Made by a program: the position numbers and the translations under genes
Source: Candidatus Pacearchaeota archaeon
GTDB lineage: Archaea > Nanobdellota > Nanobdellia > Pacearchaeales > UBA284
NCBI GenBank assembly: GCA_038894195.1
Contig: JAWAPZ010000003.1
Span: 1-61,095, forward strand
DNA: 61,095 nucleotides
Direction: 5' to 3'
The notes under the pieces: model-generated
Seen by the model: the letters and a program-made list of their open reading frames with translations, nothing else
The model's database searches: none
What the model was told of the DNA's origin: nothing
Part shown: positions 18,393-28,433 of the stretch, in pieces
Numbering within the stretch: the stretch's first letter is position 1
How the letters are laid out: each line of letters opens with the position of its first letter

Positions 18393-19718
18393 ATGAACAA
18401 AAATTTGTTTTTAGTTTTAGCATTCGCTATTATTGCAATGCTATCAGTGACCGTGTATGCAACAGGATGGCAAGTTACTGGAACACCAGATATAAAATAT
18501 TTCTTAGTTTACGTTAACGGCGAACCAGTTTGGAAAGGAAATTGTACGGAAAACCCAGCACCAGGAATAGTAGAGAATACATGGACATGTACCACACAAC
18601 AACTTGCAGTTCCAGCAATCGAACGTGGAGAACAAGTTACTATAAAAGCGGTTTTCTTTGCAGGAAATAACTTGAACAATGTTATTGTGCACGCGTGGCT
18701 TCGAGGTTCTGGAAGAACAATTGAAGATGAAACAAGAGCTTTTGATGTTTATGCAGAAAACCAATACACAAAATGGATTTACCTAAGCATACCCGAAAAC
18801 TGGAAAACAGACGGTAAAAAAGAGTACACTTTACATGTAGAAATTGAAGGGGAAAATAGATTGACTGGTGTTAATGAAGCAGAAATTGATTTAGACGTCC
18901 AGCGCGTAGCAAATTTATTAGATATAGTAAGTATAAACCTAGAAGATAGTAATGTGAAGGCTGGCAATGCCCTTGAAGCAAGTGTTGTTGTCAAAAACAC
19001 AGGAAACCATGAACTAGAGGATGTATATGTAAAAGCAACAATCAAAGAACTTGGAATTTCAAAAACAGTTTACCTAGGCGATCTGGCAGCTTATGACAGT
19101 TGCAATGATGATTGCGACGAGGATGATACAAAAGCAGTTACAATATCCTTAATTGTGCCAAAAGAAACCCAAGCAGGGGTATACACTCTTACAGTTGAAG
19201 CTTATAACGAAGAAACAAGTTCAAAAGAAAATGTCGGATTTACTGTTGAAAGTGGTACAGTTGTTGGAAAAGTAGAGGTAACACCACAAACTACAAGAAA
19301 CAATATAATCGCGGGTGAAAGCGCAACATACAGCATTCTAGTTACAAACAATGCCGACACAACCAAAAGATTTGCAGTAGCTGTCTTTGGAACTGAAGGA
19401 TGGGCAACTTCAGAGATAATGCCTGCATCATTCAGTTTAGCTCCGGGGGAAAGCAAACTTGTAAGTATAACTTTGCACGTAGAAAAAGATGCAATAGTTG
19501 CAGAACATTTGTTTTCAGCACAAGTTAGTTATGACAATAACGAACAAAGATTCAACTTTATAGCAAATGTGACTGAAGCACAAGGGAAAGTACAACTCGG
19601 CTTGAAGGACGCTCTATTGATTGTAGGCATCATACTTGCAGCAATAATAGTTATACTTTTAATAGTTCTTTTGACAAGAAAAAGTGTAGAAGAAAAACCT
19701 GAAGAAAGCTACTACTAA
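18393..19718 (+). CDS. S-layer-like surface protein (CARDB/NEW3 Ig-like domains)
   Basis: Signal peptide, beta-sandwich repeats, C-terminal TM + EESYY tail. Confidence 0.7.
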   Translation: MNKNLFLVLAFAIIAMLSVTVYATGWQVTGTPDIKYFLVYVNGEPVWKGNCTENPAPGIVENTWTCTTQQLAVPAIERGEQVTIKAVFFAGNNLNNVIVHAWLRGSGRTIEDETRAFDVYAENQYTKWIYLSIPENWKTDGKKEYTLHVEIEGENRLTGVNEAEIDLDVQRVANLLDIVSINLEDSNVKAGNALEASVVVKNTGNHELEDVYVKATIKELGISKTVYLGDLAAYDSCNDDCDEDDTKAVTISLIVPKETQAGVYTLTVEAYNEETSSKENVGFTVESGTVVGKVEVTPQTTRNNIIAGESATYSILVTNNADTTKRFAVAVFGTEGWATSEIMPASFSLAPGESKLVSITLHVEKDAIVAEHLFSAQVSYDNNEQRFNFIANVTEAQGKVQLGLKDALLIVGIILAAIIVILLIVLLTRKSVEEKPEESYY

Positions 19719-19878
19719 AAACTAAAAAGGCTAAGGAACTTTTGATTTTATTTTTCTTTTTATTTTTTATTTTTTTAATTCAAATTTTTTCTTTTAAAGT
19801 AATAACAAAAACAATATTCTACAACATTTATATTATTTTGCAACAATATTTTTATATCTTTCAAACTCTTTTTTTTAG

Positions 19879-22227
19879 ATGAAAAAGAAACTAAATTTTT
19901 TGTTTTTAGCATTTTTTGTACTTGCAATTATAACTATTTCAGCAACAGCCAGTGCAGAACTAACCGTAGAGACTAAACTTCAAACTAACACAGTATGCCC
20001 ATCAACAACAATACTAATAGAAGAACAAATAACCTCAAGCGTTTCTGATTCTTTTACAATAACTCTTTCTGGTTCAGCCTCTAGTTTCTCAACGGCGGTC
20101 CCTCCTGGACTTTATATAAGCACAGGACAAACAAAAAGCATTTTTGTATACATAACTCCATCTACAAGAATAAATCCCGGAACATACAATTTGGAAGTTT
20201 CGATTTCAGGAACAAGCGGTTCAAAAAGAATATTCCATGAAATAATAGTAGAAAATTGCCACAAAACAACTCTTGAGATTCGTCCTTCCCAGGACAAAAT
20301 ATGCGCATGTGAATCCAAAACCTTCGAACTATTACTGAACAATAAAGGAAGTTACCTGGAAAACTATAAAGTAAACGTAGAAGGGCCAGCAGCTCAATGG
20401 ATAACCTTATCTGGTTCAAGCTTCGCGTTACAAAAAAATTCCTCAATACCAATTTCAGCACAAATGAAAGTACCTTGTGATGTTAAAGGTAATTACCAAA
20501 CCACATTCAAAGTAACTTCGGACTCTAGATTTGCTGAAGCTCAAACAACTCTGAATATAGAAATTGTTCCTTGCTATGATTATATAATAGGTATGAAAAG
20601 TTACACTGAATTATGCGAAAATGAAAAAATTATCCTGCCAGTTACAATCAAGAATCTTGGTACAGCAGATAACATCTATGCAATAAACTTGAAAGCACCT
20701 TCTTGGGTTTTTTTGGATAGAAGAAATATAGAAGTTAACAGTGGAAAAGAAAATATCCTAAATCTCGTTGCTCAACCACCATTTAAGACGGTTGGAGAAA
20801 CTAGTGTTACAATAGAGGCCTTATCAGAAAAAGGAAAGGTTATTAGAACTGCTGAAAGTATTTTAAAGGTCAACTCTTGTTATGGTGTCACGCTGGATAT
20901 AGAAAAAGATCAAGATAAAATATGTAATGGGTTGAATAACACATATGCAATTACAATAAAAAATACTGGTAAGTTTAATGCAACTTTTAATATAGATCTC
21001 GATGCACCCGGATGGGCAAGTGTAGAAGAAAAAACTATCACTCTAGAAGCTGGGAAAGAAAAAGTATTATCGTTAGTACTAAATCCTAGTAAAGACGTGA
21101 AAGCTGCAGATTATTCTATAATAATAAGAATAAAAGATCCTACTAGCGGGATTTCAGCTGAAGACAAGTTGAGTGCCACTACAATAAGTATGGAAGATTG
21201 TTACAAGCCACTCATCTCTAGCGATAAAGACGAAATAGATATTAGTAGAGATTCCACAGGATTAGCAGCCATTACTCTTGAAAATAAAGGCACTTTAGAT
21301 GCAGAATATGTAATTGAACTTTCCGGAACTGCTGCAAGTTTCTCGCAGATAAACCCAGCAACACTCAAAATTGAAGCAGGAAAGGCGCAACCCTTGTATG
21401 TTTATCTTGCACCTTCTTTAGATGTGGCAATAGGAAGTTATACCTTAAGTGTAACAGCAAGATTAAAAGACACTACAATTATTTCATCAAAAACTTTGAA
21501 GATTAACGTGTTAAAAGAAAAAGAAATTGCAGAAACGCCAACACGAAATATAACAAATATCACAACGAACATAACCAATGTAACGCAAATAACTGGGGGG
21601 GTTGTTGAAGAAAAACCAAAAATTAACATTTTTAATAAAATAATAGAATTCTTTAAAAATTTGTTCAAAGCAAAAGCGATCAAAGAAGAAAAAATCACAG
21701 TCAACGTAACAAACCAACCACCAAAACTAAAAAAGAACATACCTGAAATTAAGTTGATAGTCGGAGAAGATTATAAGATAAACCTTTCAGAATATTTTGA
21801 AGACCCAGAACACGAAAGATTGTTCTTTACAACAATAAAACCACTCAAAATAGATGTTTCGATATATAATGATATAGTAACCCTACGTGCAAAAGAGGAA
21901 ATTGACGGCGAGCGCGATATCACTTTTTATGCTAGTGATGGGGAAAACATAGTAGAAAGTAATAAAATAAGGATAACTGTAACAAAAGCAGAAAGCGAAC
22001 AACAAGAGAAAGTTGAAAAGGAAGTTCAAAAAGGTAATGAAACGGTAGAGGTGACGGGAGCGGCAACCGAAAAACAAGAAACTAAAACAAATTTCTTTAA
22101 AACATATCAAAATTATATAATTGGAGCAATAATAATTGTGATTATAATTATAGTTTTGATGTCCGGACTTGGTAAAAAAATAGTTAAGTTCTTCGAAGAA
22201 GAAGTTCCTGAAGAGAAGAAAAAATAA
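19879..22227 (+). CDS. Large multi-Ig surface protein
   Basis: Signal peptide, repeated Cys-bounded Ig-like modules, NIT-repeat linker, C-terminal TM. Confidence 0.75.
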   Translation: MKKKLNFLFLAFFVLAIITISATASAELTVETKLQTNTVCPSTTILIEEQITSSVSDSFTITLSGSASSFSTAVPPGLYISTGQTKSIFVYITPSTRINPGTYNLEVSISGTSGSKRIFHEIIVENCHKTTLEIRPSQDKICACESKTFELLLNNKGSYLENYKVNVEGPAAQWITLSGSSFALQKNSSIPISAQMKVPCDVKGNYQTTFKVTSDSRFAEAQTTLNIEIVPCYDYIIGMKSYTELCENEKIILPVTIKNLGTADNIYAINLKAPSWVFLDRRNIEVNSGKENILNLVAQPPFKTVGETSVTIEALSEKGKVIRTAESILKVNSCYGVTLDIEKDQDKICNGLNNTYAITIKNTGKFNATFNIDLDAPGWASVEEKTITLEAGKEKVLSLVLNPSKDVKAADYSIIIRIKDPTSGISAEDKLSATTISMEDCYKPLISSDKDEIDISRDSTGLAAITLENKGTLDAEYVIELSGTAASFSQINPATLKIEAGKAQPLYVYLAPSLDVAIGSYTLSVTARLKDTTIISSKTLKINVLKEKEIAETPTRNITNITTNITNVTQITGGVVEEKPKINIFNKIIEFFKNLFKAKAIKEEKITVNVTNQPPKLKKNIPEIKLIVGEDYKINLSEYFEDPEHERLFFTTIKPLKIDVSIYNDIVTLRAKEEIDGERDITFYASDGENIVESNKIRITVTKAESEQQEKVEKEVQKGNETVEVTGAATEKQETKTNFFKTYQNYIIGAIIIVIIIIVLMSGLGKKIVKFFEEEVPEEKKK

Positions 22228-25146
22228 TTAAATTTTTAATCCAACAACCTTTGTAACTCCTTCTTGCATTGACGCACCATATAAGGTAGTTGCATTATTT
22301 ATCATTACATCGTTGTGAGTTATTATTATGTACTGTGATTTGGTGTCCTTGCTTATAAGATTAGACAATTTTTCGCTATTCCTTTTATCCAAAGCAGCAT
22401 CTATTTCATCGAAAATATAAAAATGATATGGTTTATATTTCTGTATTGCAAAAATTAAAGACAAGGCAACTATAACTTTCTCTCCACCAGATAAAGCATT
22501 AGAATCCATGTACTTCCCTTTTACCAGTTTTATTACTATATTGACGCCTCCGGCAAAAGGGTCTTCTTTATTCTCAAGTTCAAGAAAAGCAAGGCCCTTA
22601 TTACTCAACATAGCAAAGTTTTCACCGAAATATTTATTAACAGAATTAAAAGTTTGCATAAATGCCTGCTTCTTTTTTTTGTCTATTTCTGCAATTACTT
22701 TCAATATCTCTTGCTTTTCTTCATCAAGTTTTTTAACTTTTATTTCTATTTGTTCATATTCTTTTTTCAATTTTTCATATGCTTCTAATGCTCTCAAATT
22801 GACTGTTCCAAGTTCCAAAAGTTCTTTCTCATATTTTTCTAGCTTTTTTTCCAATTCTTCTATGCTCGCTTTTATAAATTCACTTCCTTCAAATTCCTTT
22901 AACTCTTCTTTTAAAGTAGAAAGTTCGGCGTCTATCCTTGCTTTATTTATTTTATATTCATTTATTTCTTGGTCCATAAGATTTTTCTGCATTTGATACT
23001 CACTGATTTTAAGATCAAGTTTGTGATTCTCCTCTTGAAGCTTCTGTTTTTCTGAAACAAGTTTTTTAAATTTTTTTTCAAGCAATTCTTGCTCTTTTTC
23101 TTTTTCTTTAAGTTGATTTTCTTTTAACCCAACTTCTTTAATGATACTATGCAGTTTTGCTTCTAATTCTAATCGATCGTGTTGTGCTTGTTTTATATTC
23201 CTCTCACATTGTTCTATTTCTCGGTAATTTAAAGTCAATTCTGTTTCAAAGTCTCTCTCTATATAAAGTTGTATTGGTTTCTTAAGTTTTATTTTTAACA
23301 AATCTTCTTTCAATTTTTCCATCCGGTTTGAAAGATCATCATGTTTCTTAGAAATTCTATCATAATCTGGTAACTCTTTTTTAATTTTGTTTATATCTTC
23401 AGTAAGAGAGTTAGACTCTAGTTCAATTTGCGAAAGTTTACTTCTATTTTGTTCAATTTGTTTTTGTTTTGATATAAATATTTTTTTTCTTTGATAAAAC
23501 TCTTCTAGCTCTTTTTCCTTTTCTATAAAATTACTTAATACCACCGCTATTTTTTCTATTTCTTTTTCAATCTCTTCTTTACTCTTTCGTTTTTCATCAA
23601 GTTCTTTTTCAATAATTTCTATAGAGCTCCAAACATCTTTCGCGAGTTTTTCTTTATATTCTTTAGTTATTTTTTGTTTGCACCTAGGACATTGCTCTAA
23701 AGAAAAAATTTCATCAACATCCTTCTTATGTATCTCCTTCTTTGTCAAAAGTTGGATTATTTCTTTTTCAATCTCTTCTTTAGTTTTTTTGATTTCACCC
23801 AATAAAGTCTCGTGATGTTTTTTTTGGGTTTTTATTTCAAGTTCGTCAATAGAACCCACATCTAAACTAGAAATTTCTTTTTCCAATTCTGTAATCTCCC
23901 TAGTAAGGTATTCTTTTTGTTTTTCTTTCTCTTCAAAAAGTGCCTGTTTTTTTTCTATTTCTGTTTTTTTAATTTCATAAATTTTCTTTTTCAATTCTAG
24001 TTCTTGTAAATCTTTTTTGATTTTTTCAATTTCTTTGTTTATAAAATCAAAATTCTCTTTTTCGTTTTTGCTTATTTTGATTTTTTCTTTTTCTTTAAGA
24101 TCCGTTATCGCTTGTTCCAACCTTTTCTTTTCTTCTATGTTGCTTTCTTCCTTTCTCAATGTACTCTCAATCTGGTCCCTTAAATTTTCTTTTTTGACGT
24201 CAAGAGTCGCAACTTCTGTCTTTAAAGCCAACAAATCTGTTCTCAATTTTTCTTGGGCTATCCCCGTCTCTTTTTCTATTCTTTTTTCAATTTCTTGTAT
24301 TCTTCTTAAATTGGATTCTATAGATTTTTTAGAAATGTCTACTAATTTTGTTATTTTTTCTATATCTTTCTGCTTATTATCTATGCTTGACCCTATCTTT
24401 TTAATTTCTTTTTCTTTGATTTCTATCTTCTTGTTTAAAACGGAAGCCTTGCAATTCTTTATTTGTTTCTTTAAATATTCATGCCTTAAAGCTTGTTTTC
24501 TCTCTTTTTCCAGATTGTTCATATACGCAGATCTCTCTCTTAAAACAGTATTTATCTCTTTTAATTTCCCTTCAGTTTTTTCAAGTTCGTTCAAAGATTT
24601 TAATTTTCTATCTTCATAAACAGAAATTCCAGCAATTTCTTCGATAATCTGTCTTTTTTCTTCTGGACGCATTTTGATTATCGTATCAATCTGTGCTTGT
24701 AAAATTATATTAAAACCTTCTGGATCGATTCCAGCTTGAGCAAGAAGATCAAGAATCTCCTGCCTTGTTTTAACTTCACCGTTTATTTTATAGATGCTTG
24801 TTCCATCTCTTCTTACCAATCTAGAAATTTCAATTTCCTCGTCAGCTAAAGAAAAAGTCTTGTCAGAATTGTCAAAAACCAAACTGACTCGTGCAGAATT
24901 TGCTGGTTTGTTTGTCTTGCCACCGTTATAAATCAAATTTGAGTGCCTTGAAGCACGCATACTTTTCGCACTTAGTCTACCTAAAACAAAACAAATAGCG
25001 TCAACAACGTTGCTTTTTCCTGAACCATTCGGACCAACAATTATATTCATGCCTCTATCAAAAACCACTTCAGTAGGTTTTGCAAATGATTTAAAACCAT
25101 GCATAAAAACTTTTTTTATATAGGGCATCTTACTCCTTTCTCTCAA
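22228..25146 (-). CDS. smc: SMC-family ATPase with zinc hook instead of hinge
   Basis: GFKSF, GPNGSGKSN, LGTVNLRALEAY, LSGGEK, FDEIDAALD; CPRC at residue 486 of 972. Confidence 0.9.
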   Translation of the reverse strand: MRERSKMPYIKKVFMHGFKSFAKPTEVVFDRGMNIIVGPNGSGKSNVVDAICFVLGRLSAKSMRASRHSNLIYNGGKTNKPANSARVSLVFDNSDKTFSLADEEIEISRLVRRDGTSIYKINGEVKTRQEILDLLAQAGIDPEGFNIILQAQIDTIIKMRPEEKRQIIEEIAGISVYEDRKLKSLNELEKTEGKLKEINTVLRERSAYMNNLEKERKQALRHEYLKKQIKNCKASVLNKKIEIKEKEIKKIGSSIDNKQKDIEKITKLVDISKKSIESNLRRIQEIEKRIEKETGIAQEKLRTDLLALKTEVATLDVKKENLRDQIESTLRKEESNIEEKKRLEQAITDLKEKEKIKISKNEKENFDFINKEIEKIKKDLQELELKKKIYEIKKTEIEKKQALFEEKEKQKEYLTREITELEKEISSLDVGSIDELEIKTQKKHHETLLGEIKKTKEEIEKEIIQLLTKKEIHKKDVDEIFSLEQCPRCKQKITKEYKEKLAKDVWSSIEIIEKELDEKRKSKEEIEKEIEKIAVVLSNFIEKEKELEEFYQRKKIFISKQKQIEQNRSKLSQIELESNSLTEDINKIKKELPDYDRISKKHDDLSNRMEKLKEDLLKIKLKKPIQLYIERDFETELTLNYREIEQCERNIKQAQHDRLELEAKLHSIIKEVGLKENQLKEKEKEQELLEKKFKKLVSEKQKLQEENHKLDLKISEYQMQKNLMDQEINEYKINKARIDAELSTLKEELKEFEGSEFIKASIEELEKKLEKYEKELLELGTVNLRALEAYEKLKKEYEQIEIKVKKLDEEKQEILKVIAEIDKKKKQAFMQTFNSVNKYFGENFAMLSNKGLAFLELENKEDPFAGGVNIVIKLVKGKYMDSNALSGGEKVIVALSLIFAIQKYKPYHFYIFDEIDAALDKRNSEKLSNLISKDTKSQYIIITHNDVMINNATTLYGASMQEGVTKVVGLKI

Positions 25147-25224
25147 TGAGTTAAATCAGTTATTTAAAATTTGTTATAACAAACATAACAAAAAGTATTT
25201 AAGCTTTTCAAAATTGATAAAAGA

Positions 25225-25569
25225 ATGGGAACCACAACTTTTGTTATTTTGCTTGTACTTTTTTGTTCACTACTTGGCGCAAGTGGTCAATTATTTTTTA
25301 AACTCGCTTCTCCCGAATTTTCATTCAATCCGTTGAGCTGGTTAAAAAATTTTTATTTTCTTCTAGGAATACTCTTTTATGCAGTAGCCACAGTTCTTTT
25401 TGTTTGGGCCTTAAGGCACGGCAATCTTTCGATCCTTTATCCAATCATTGCCACAAGTTATGTGTGGGTAACAATTTTTGCCTCACTTATTCTAAAAGAA
25501 CCTTTTCCAGCACTCAAGTGGATGGGTATCGGATTAATAATTGGTGGTGTAATTTTAATCACAACGTAA
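25225..25569 (+). CDS. SMR/EamA-family small transporter (ArnE/F-like flippase candidate)
   Basis: Four TMs; LSILYPIIATSYVW. Confidence 0.75.
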   Translation: MGTTTFVILLVLFCSLLGASGQLFFKLASPEFSFNPLSWLKNFYFLLGILFYAVATVLFVWALRHGNLSILYPIIATSYVWVTIFASLILKEPFPALKWMGIGLIIGGVILITT

Positions 25570-25572
25570 ATA

Positions 25573-26286
25573 TTATAGGTAATTGAGCCTTATTCTCGTG
25601 ATATCTCTTAGCATAAGAAAACTATGTTTTAACAAACTTATGCTTGTTTTTTGGGCCTCTTTCCATTTTACAGGAATTTCGATAATTTTGTAATTTTTCT
25701 TTTTTGCCAAAAAAAGCAATTCTGCATCAAAAGCAAAGCCATTAATTTTTTGCTTTATTACAAGCTCTTTGGCAACATCAATCTTAAAAAGTTTAAAACC
25801 GCACTGCGTGTCTTTACAATTTAAACCAAGAATAAGCCGTACAATTTTAGCATAGATCTTCCCAGCAAGTTTTCGTATTGCTGATCTTTCTACCCTAGAC
25901 TTTTCTAAATTCCTTGAGCCTATAACAATATCATAATTAAGATATCTGAAAAATTTGTTCAATTCGGATAGTGGTGTTGCAAGATCAGCATCTGTAAACA
26001 AAATATAAGGAAATTTTGCAAGCAAAATTCCTTGTTTCACAGAAAATCCCTTACCTTTATTTTTTCTTTTCCTAGTTATTTTTATACTTTTTATTTTTAA
26101 TTTCAATTTATTTATTATTTCCCTCGTAGAATCTGAACTTCCATCATCGACACATATTATTTCATATTTCTTTATTTTTGGGTTTGTCTTCAAAAAATCA
26201 TTTATTTGGATTAGGTTATTCTTAATACATTCTTCTTCATTATAACAAGGGACTACAACTGAAATATTTATTCTATCCATTTTCAA
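25573..26286 (-). CDS. GT2 dolichyl-phosphate glycosyltransferase
   Basis: VVPCYNEE, VDDGSSD, GKG, TDADL, DTQCGFKLF. Confidence 0.93.
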   Translation of the reverse strand: MKMDRINISVVVPCYNEEECIKNNLIQINDFLKTNPKIKKYEIICVDDGSSDSTREIINKLKLKIKSIKITRKRKNKGKGFSVKQGILLAKFPYILFTDADLATPLSELNKFFRYLNYDIVIGSRNLEKSRVERSAIRKLAGKIYAKIVRLILGLNCKDTQCGFKLFKIDVAKELVIKQKINGFAFDAELLFLAKKKNYKIIEIPVKWKEAQKTSISLLKHSFLMLRDITRIRLNYL

Positions 26287-27735
26287 TTTTATTTTTGCAA
26301 AAAGATTTTAAAAAAGATGGCATGATGATCTGACAATTATTCAGTTTAGTTATTTTTTTTCCACGAAGTGTATCAAGATATGTTTTATTTATTTTGTAAG
26401 GTTTAATGCACAAACTTTCATTACTAACAATTGAGTAATCAGAAGTTTTTTTATGGTTGGGAGGGTCTCTAAAAAAGGTCTGTCATTTAGATATTCTGGT
26501 TCTGCTGATCCAAAAATAACAAATCTTTTACCTTTTCCTAACGCTTGTAAAAGCTCTTCTTTATTCCAAGGCATCGGTTCTGCGACAATGCCAAAATAAT
26601 TTAAGTATACCCATTTATCAGAAGAATACATGCAGTCTTTTTCGATGTTCATAAGAACATTCTTGTACTCAAGTCTATTTGAAAAAGGAGAAATATATGA
26701 AAAAAGTACGAAAATAGAAAATAGAAAATTGGCTAGAATGATTGTAACTAGAATAATAATGATTGCCCTTCTATTTAATTTTTTTTCTAATTTCTCGAAA
26801 AAAGATGTGGAAAAAAAAGTAATTGGTAATGTCAATAAGAATAAGTAACGCGGGTTTTTCAACGGAATTCGTGAATAAAAATATAAAACCAAAAGAAAAA
26901 AAATAGACATTAGTAGTAAAGGAAAATAATCAATTTTTTTATTTTTTAAATTTTTAAAACAAATAAAAATTCCTGGAATGAAAAAAGCAAGATAGTAGTA
27001 GCTGAATGCCTGTAAGAAATGACTCAGACTGAAAGGCATAAAAAGATAATCACGGAAATAAATGTTTTGAGCATAACTATCTGCTATACTTGTTAGCAAA
27101 CTACCCGTAGCTAAAAAGTTATAAAGAAACCAAGGGGATATTATAATTATAAAAGAAACTAAAGAAGTGAAAGTTCTTTTCAACCAAGGCCTCCTGACAA
27201 AAAACAAAAACATAAAAACAAGAGAGGTGTAATGTGTTAGAAAAGCAAGCCCAACAAAAATTCCTAAAAAAATAGCACTATTCTTCTTGTCCGAAAGAGT
27301 AAAATTGATGGCAAACATTAAAAAAGTCAAATATAAAAGTTCTGTTCCAGCAGTCAAGCCAACAAGAAGCAAAAAAGGTGAAAGCAATAAACCATAAAAA
27401 ATTAAAAGATTGATTCTCAATTTTTTAGCAAGCGTCACAGAAGCGAAAAAAAATAAAAAGGAAACAAGAGCAATGTAGAGATACTCTGCTACCAAGTAAC
27501 TGCCAAAAGCAACGAAAGATAAAATTCCTATAATTAACGGGACAAGTGGGGCTCTTAACCATTCAAAATAAAATCCTCCTGAAAAGAGATATTTCGCATT
27601 TAAAACATAAACAGAAAAATCCCATCCCAGATCACGAGAATGCTGAAATATAAAAAAAGCAGTAGAAATAACAAATAAAATTAGAAGTAAAATTAAAACC
27701 TTTCTATTCATCTTTAAATTTTTGTGCATTTTCAA
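26273..27735 (-). CDS. GT-C (PMT-like) membrane glycosyltransferase, C-terminal frameshift
   Basis: WDFSVY, EWLRAPL, multi-TM; +1 A at 26446-26452 extends the ORF to overlap the next start codon. Confidence 0.75.
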
Positions 27736-27737
27736 AA

Positions 27738-28433
27738 TTAAAGAAGTTCCTCAATTTCATCCTTTGTTAGATAACCAAAAGTTTTTCCATTGATAACAAG
27801 GGAAGGAGCTTTTGTTATATTATATTTCTGTCTCAAAGCAATTGACGCAGAATTTATGGAATTTATATCAAATACCAAAATGTAAACTTTCCTTCCGGTT
27901 TTCTTTTCATTGTGATACTGGCTGACTTGATCAAGGATAAGTCCTTGGTCTTCGCTACCAGCCACGCTTCCTAGAGGGTCATTTTTCTTGTTAGTATAAA
28001 AAAATAAAATTATGTTAAAATCTTCATGACATTCTTTTTTTGTTTTTTCAAGAAGTTCAAGAATTTTAATTTCTATAAGCTCATAAATCTCCTTCTTGTT
28101 TTTAAGTTTAGGGCTGTCCTTTCCAAGTCTTTTTTCTAGAACAGTAAGCATCTGTCCTAAAGAAATTTTTTTATCCAATATATCCTGCCAGTTTGAACTG
28201 CAAAAATTTTCAATAAAATAGTCTCGAGATTCTAAAGCTAGTAGCTGTATGAGAAACATTTCTTCAGTCTCTTGAAATCTTTCAATTCTTGAAGTGGCAA
28301 GATAATTTCCTAACAGCAAGCCAAGAATAAAAATAATCATAGTTGCGATTGAAGAGGCAATTAAAAATTTATTTGATCTTTTTGTTTCTTTTCTTATTTC
28401 TATTTCTTTTTCCTTTATCTTTTTCATTCTCAT
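27738..28433 (-). CDS. Membrane-anchored protein with thioredoxin-like C-terminus
   Basis: N-terminal TM; YNITKAPSLVING. Confidence 0.6.
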   Translation of the reverse strand: MRMKKIKEKEIEIRKETKRSNKFLIASSIATMIIFILGLLLGNYLATSRIERFQETEEMFLIQLLALESRDYFIENFCSSNWQDILDKKISLGQMLTVLEKRLGKDSPKLKNKKEIYELIEIKILELLEKTKKECHEDFNIILFFYTNKKNDPLGSVAGSEDQGLILDQVSQYHNEKKTGRKVYILVFDINSINSASIALRQKYNITKAPSLVINGKTFGYLTKDEIEELL

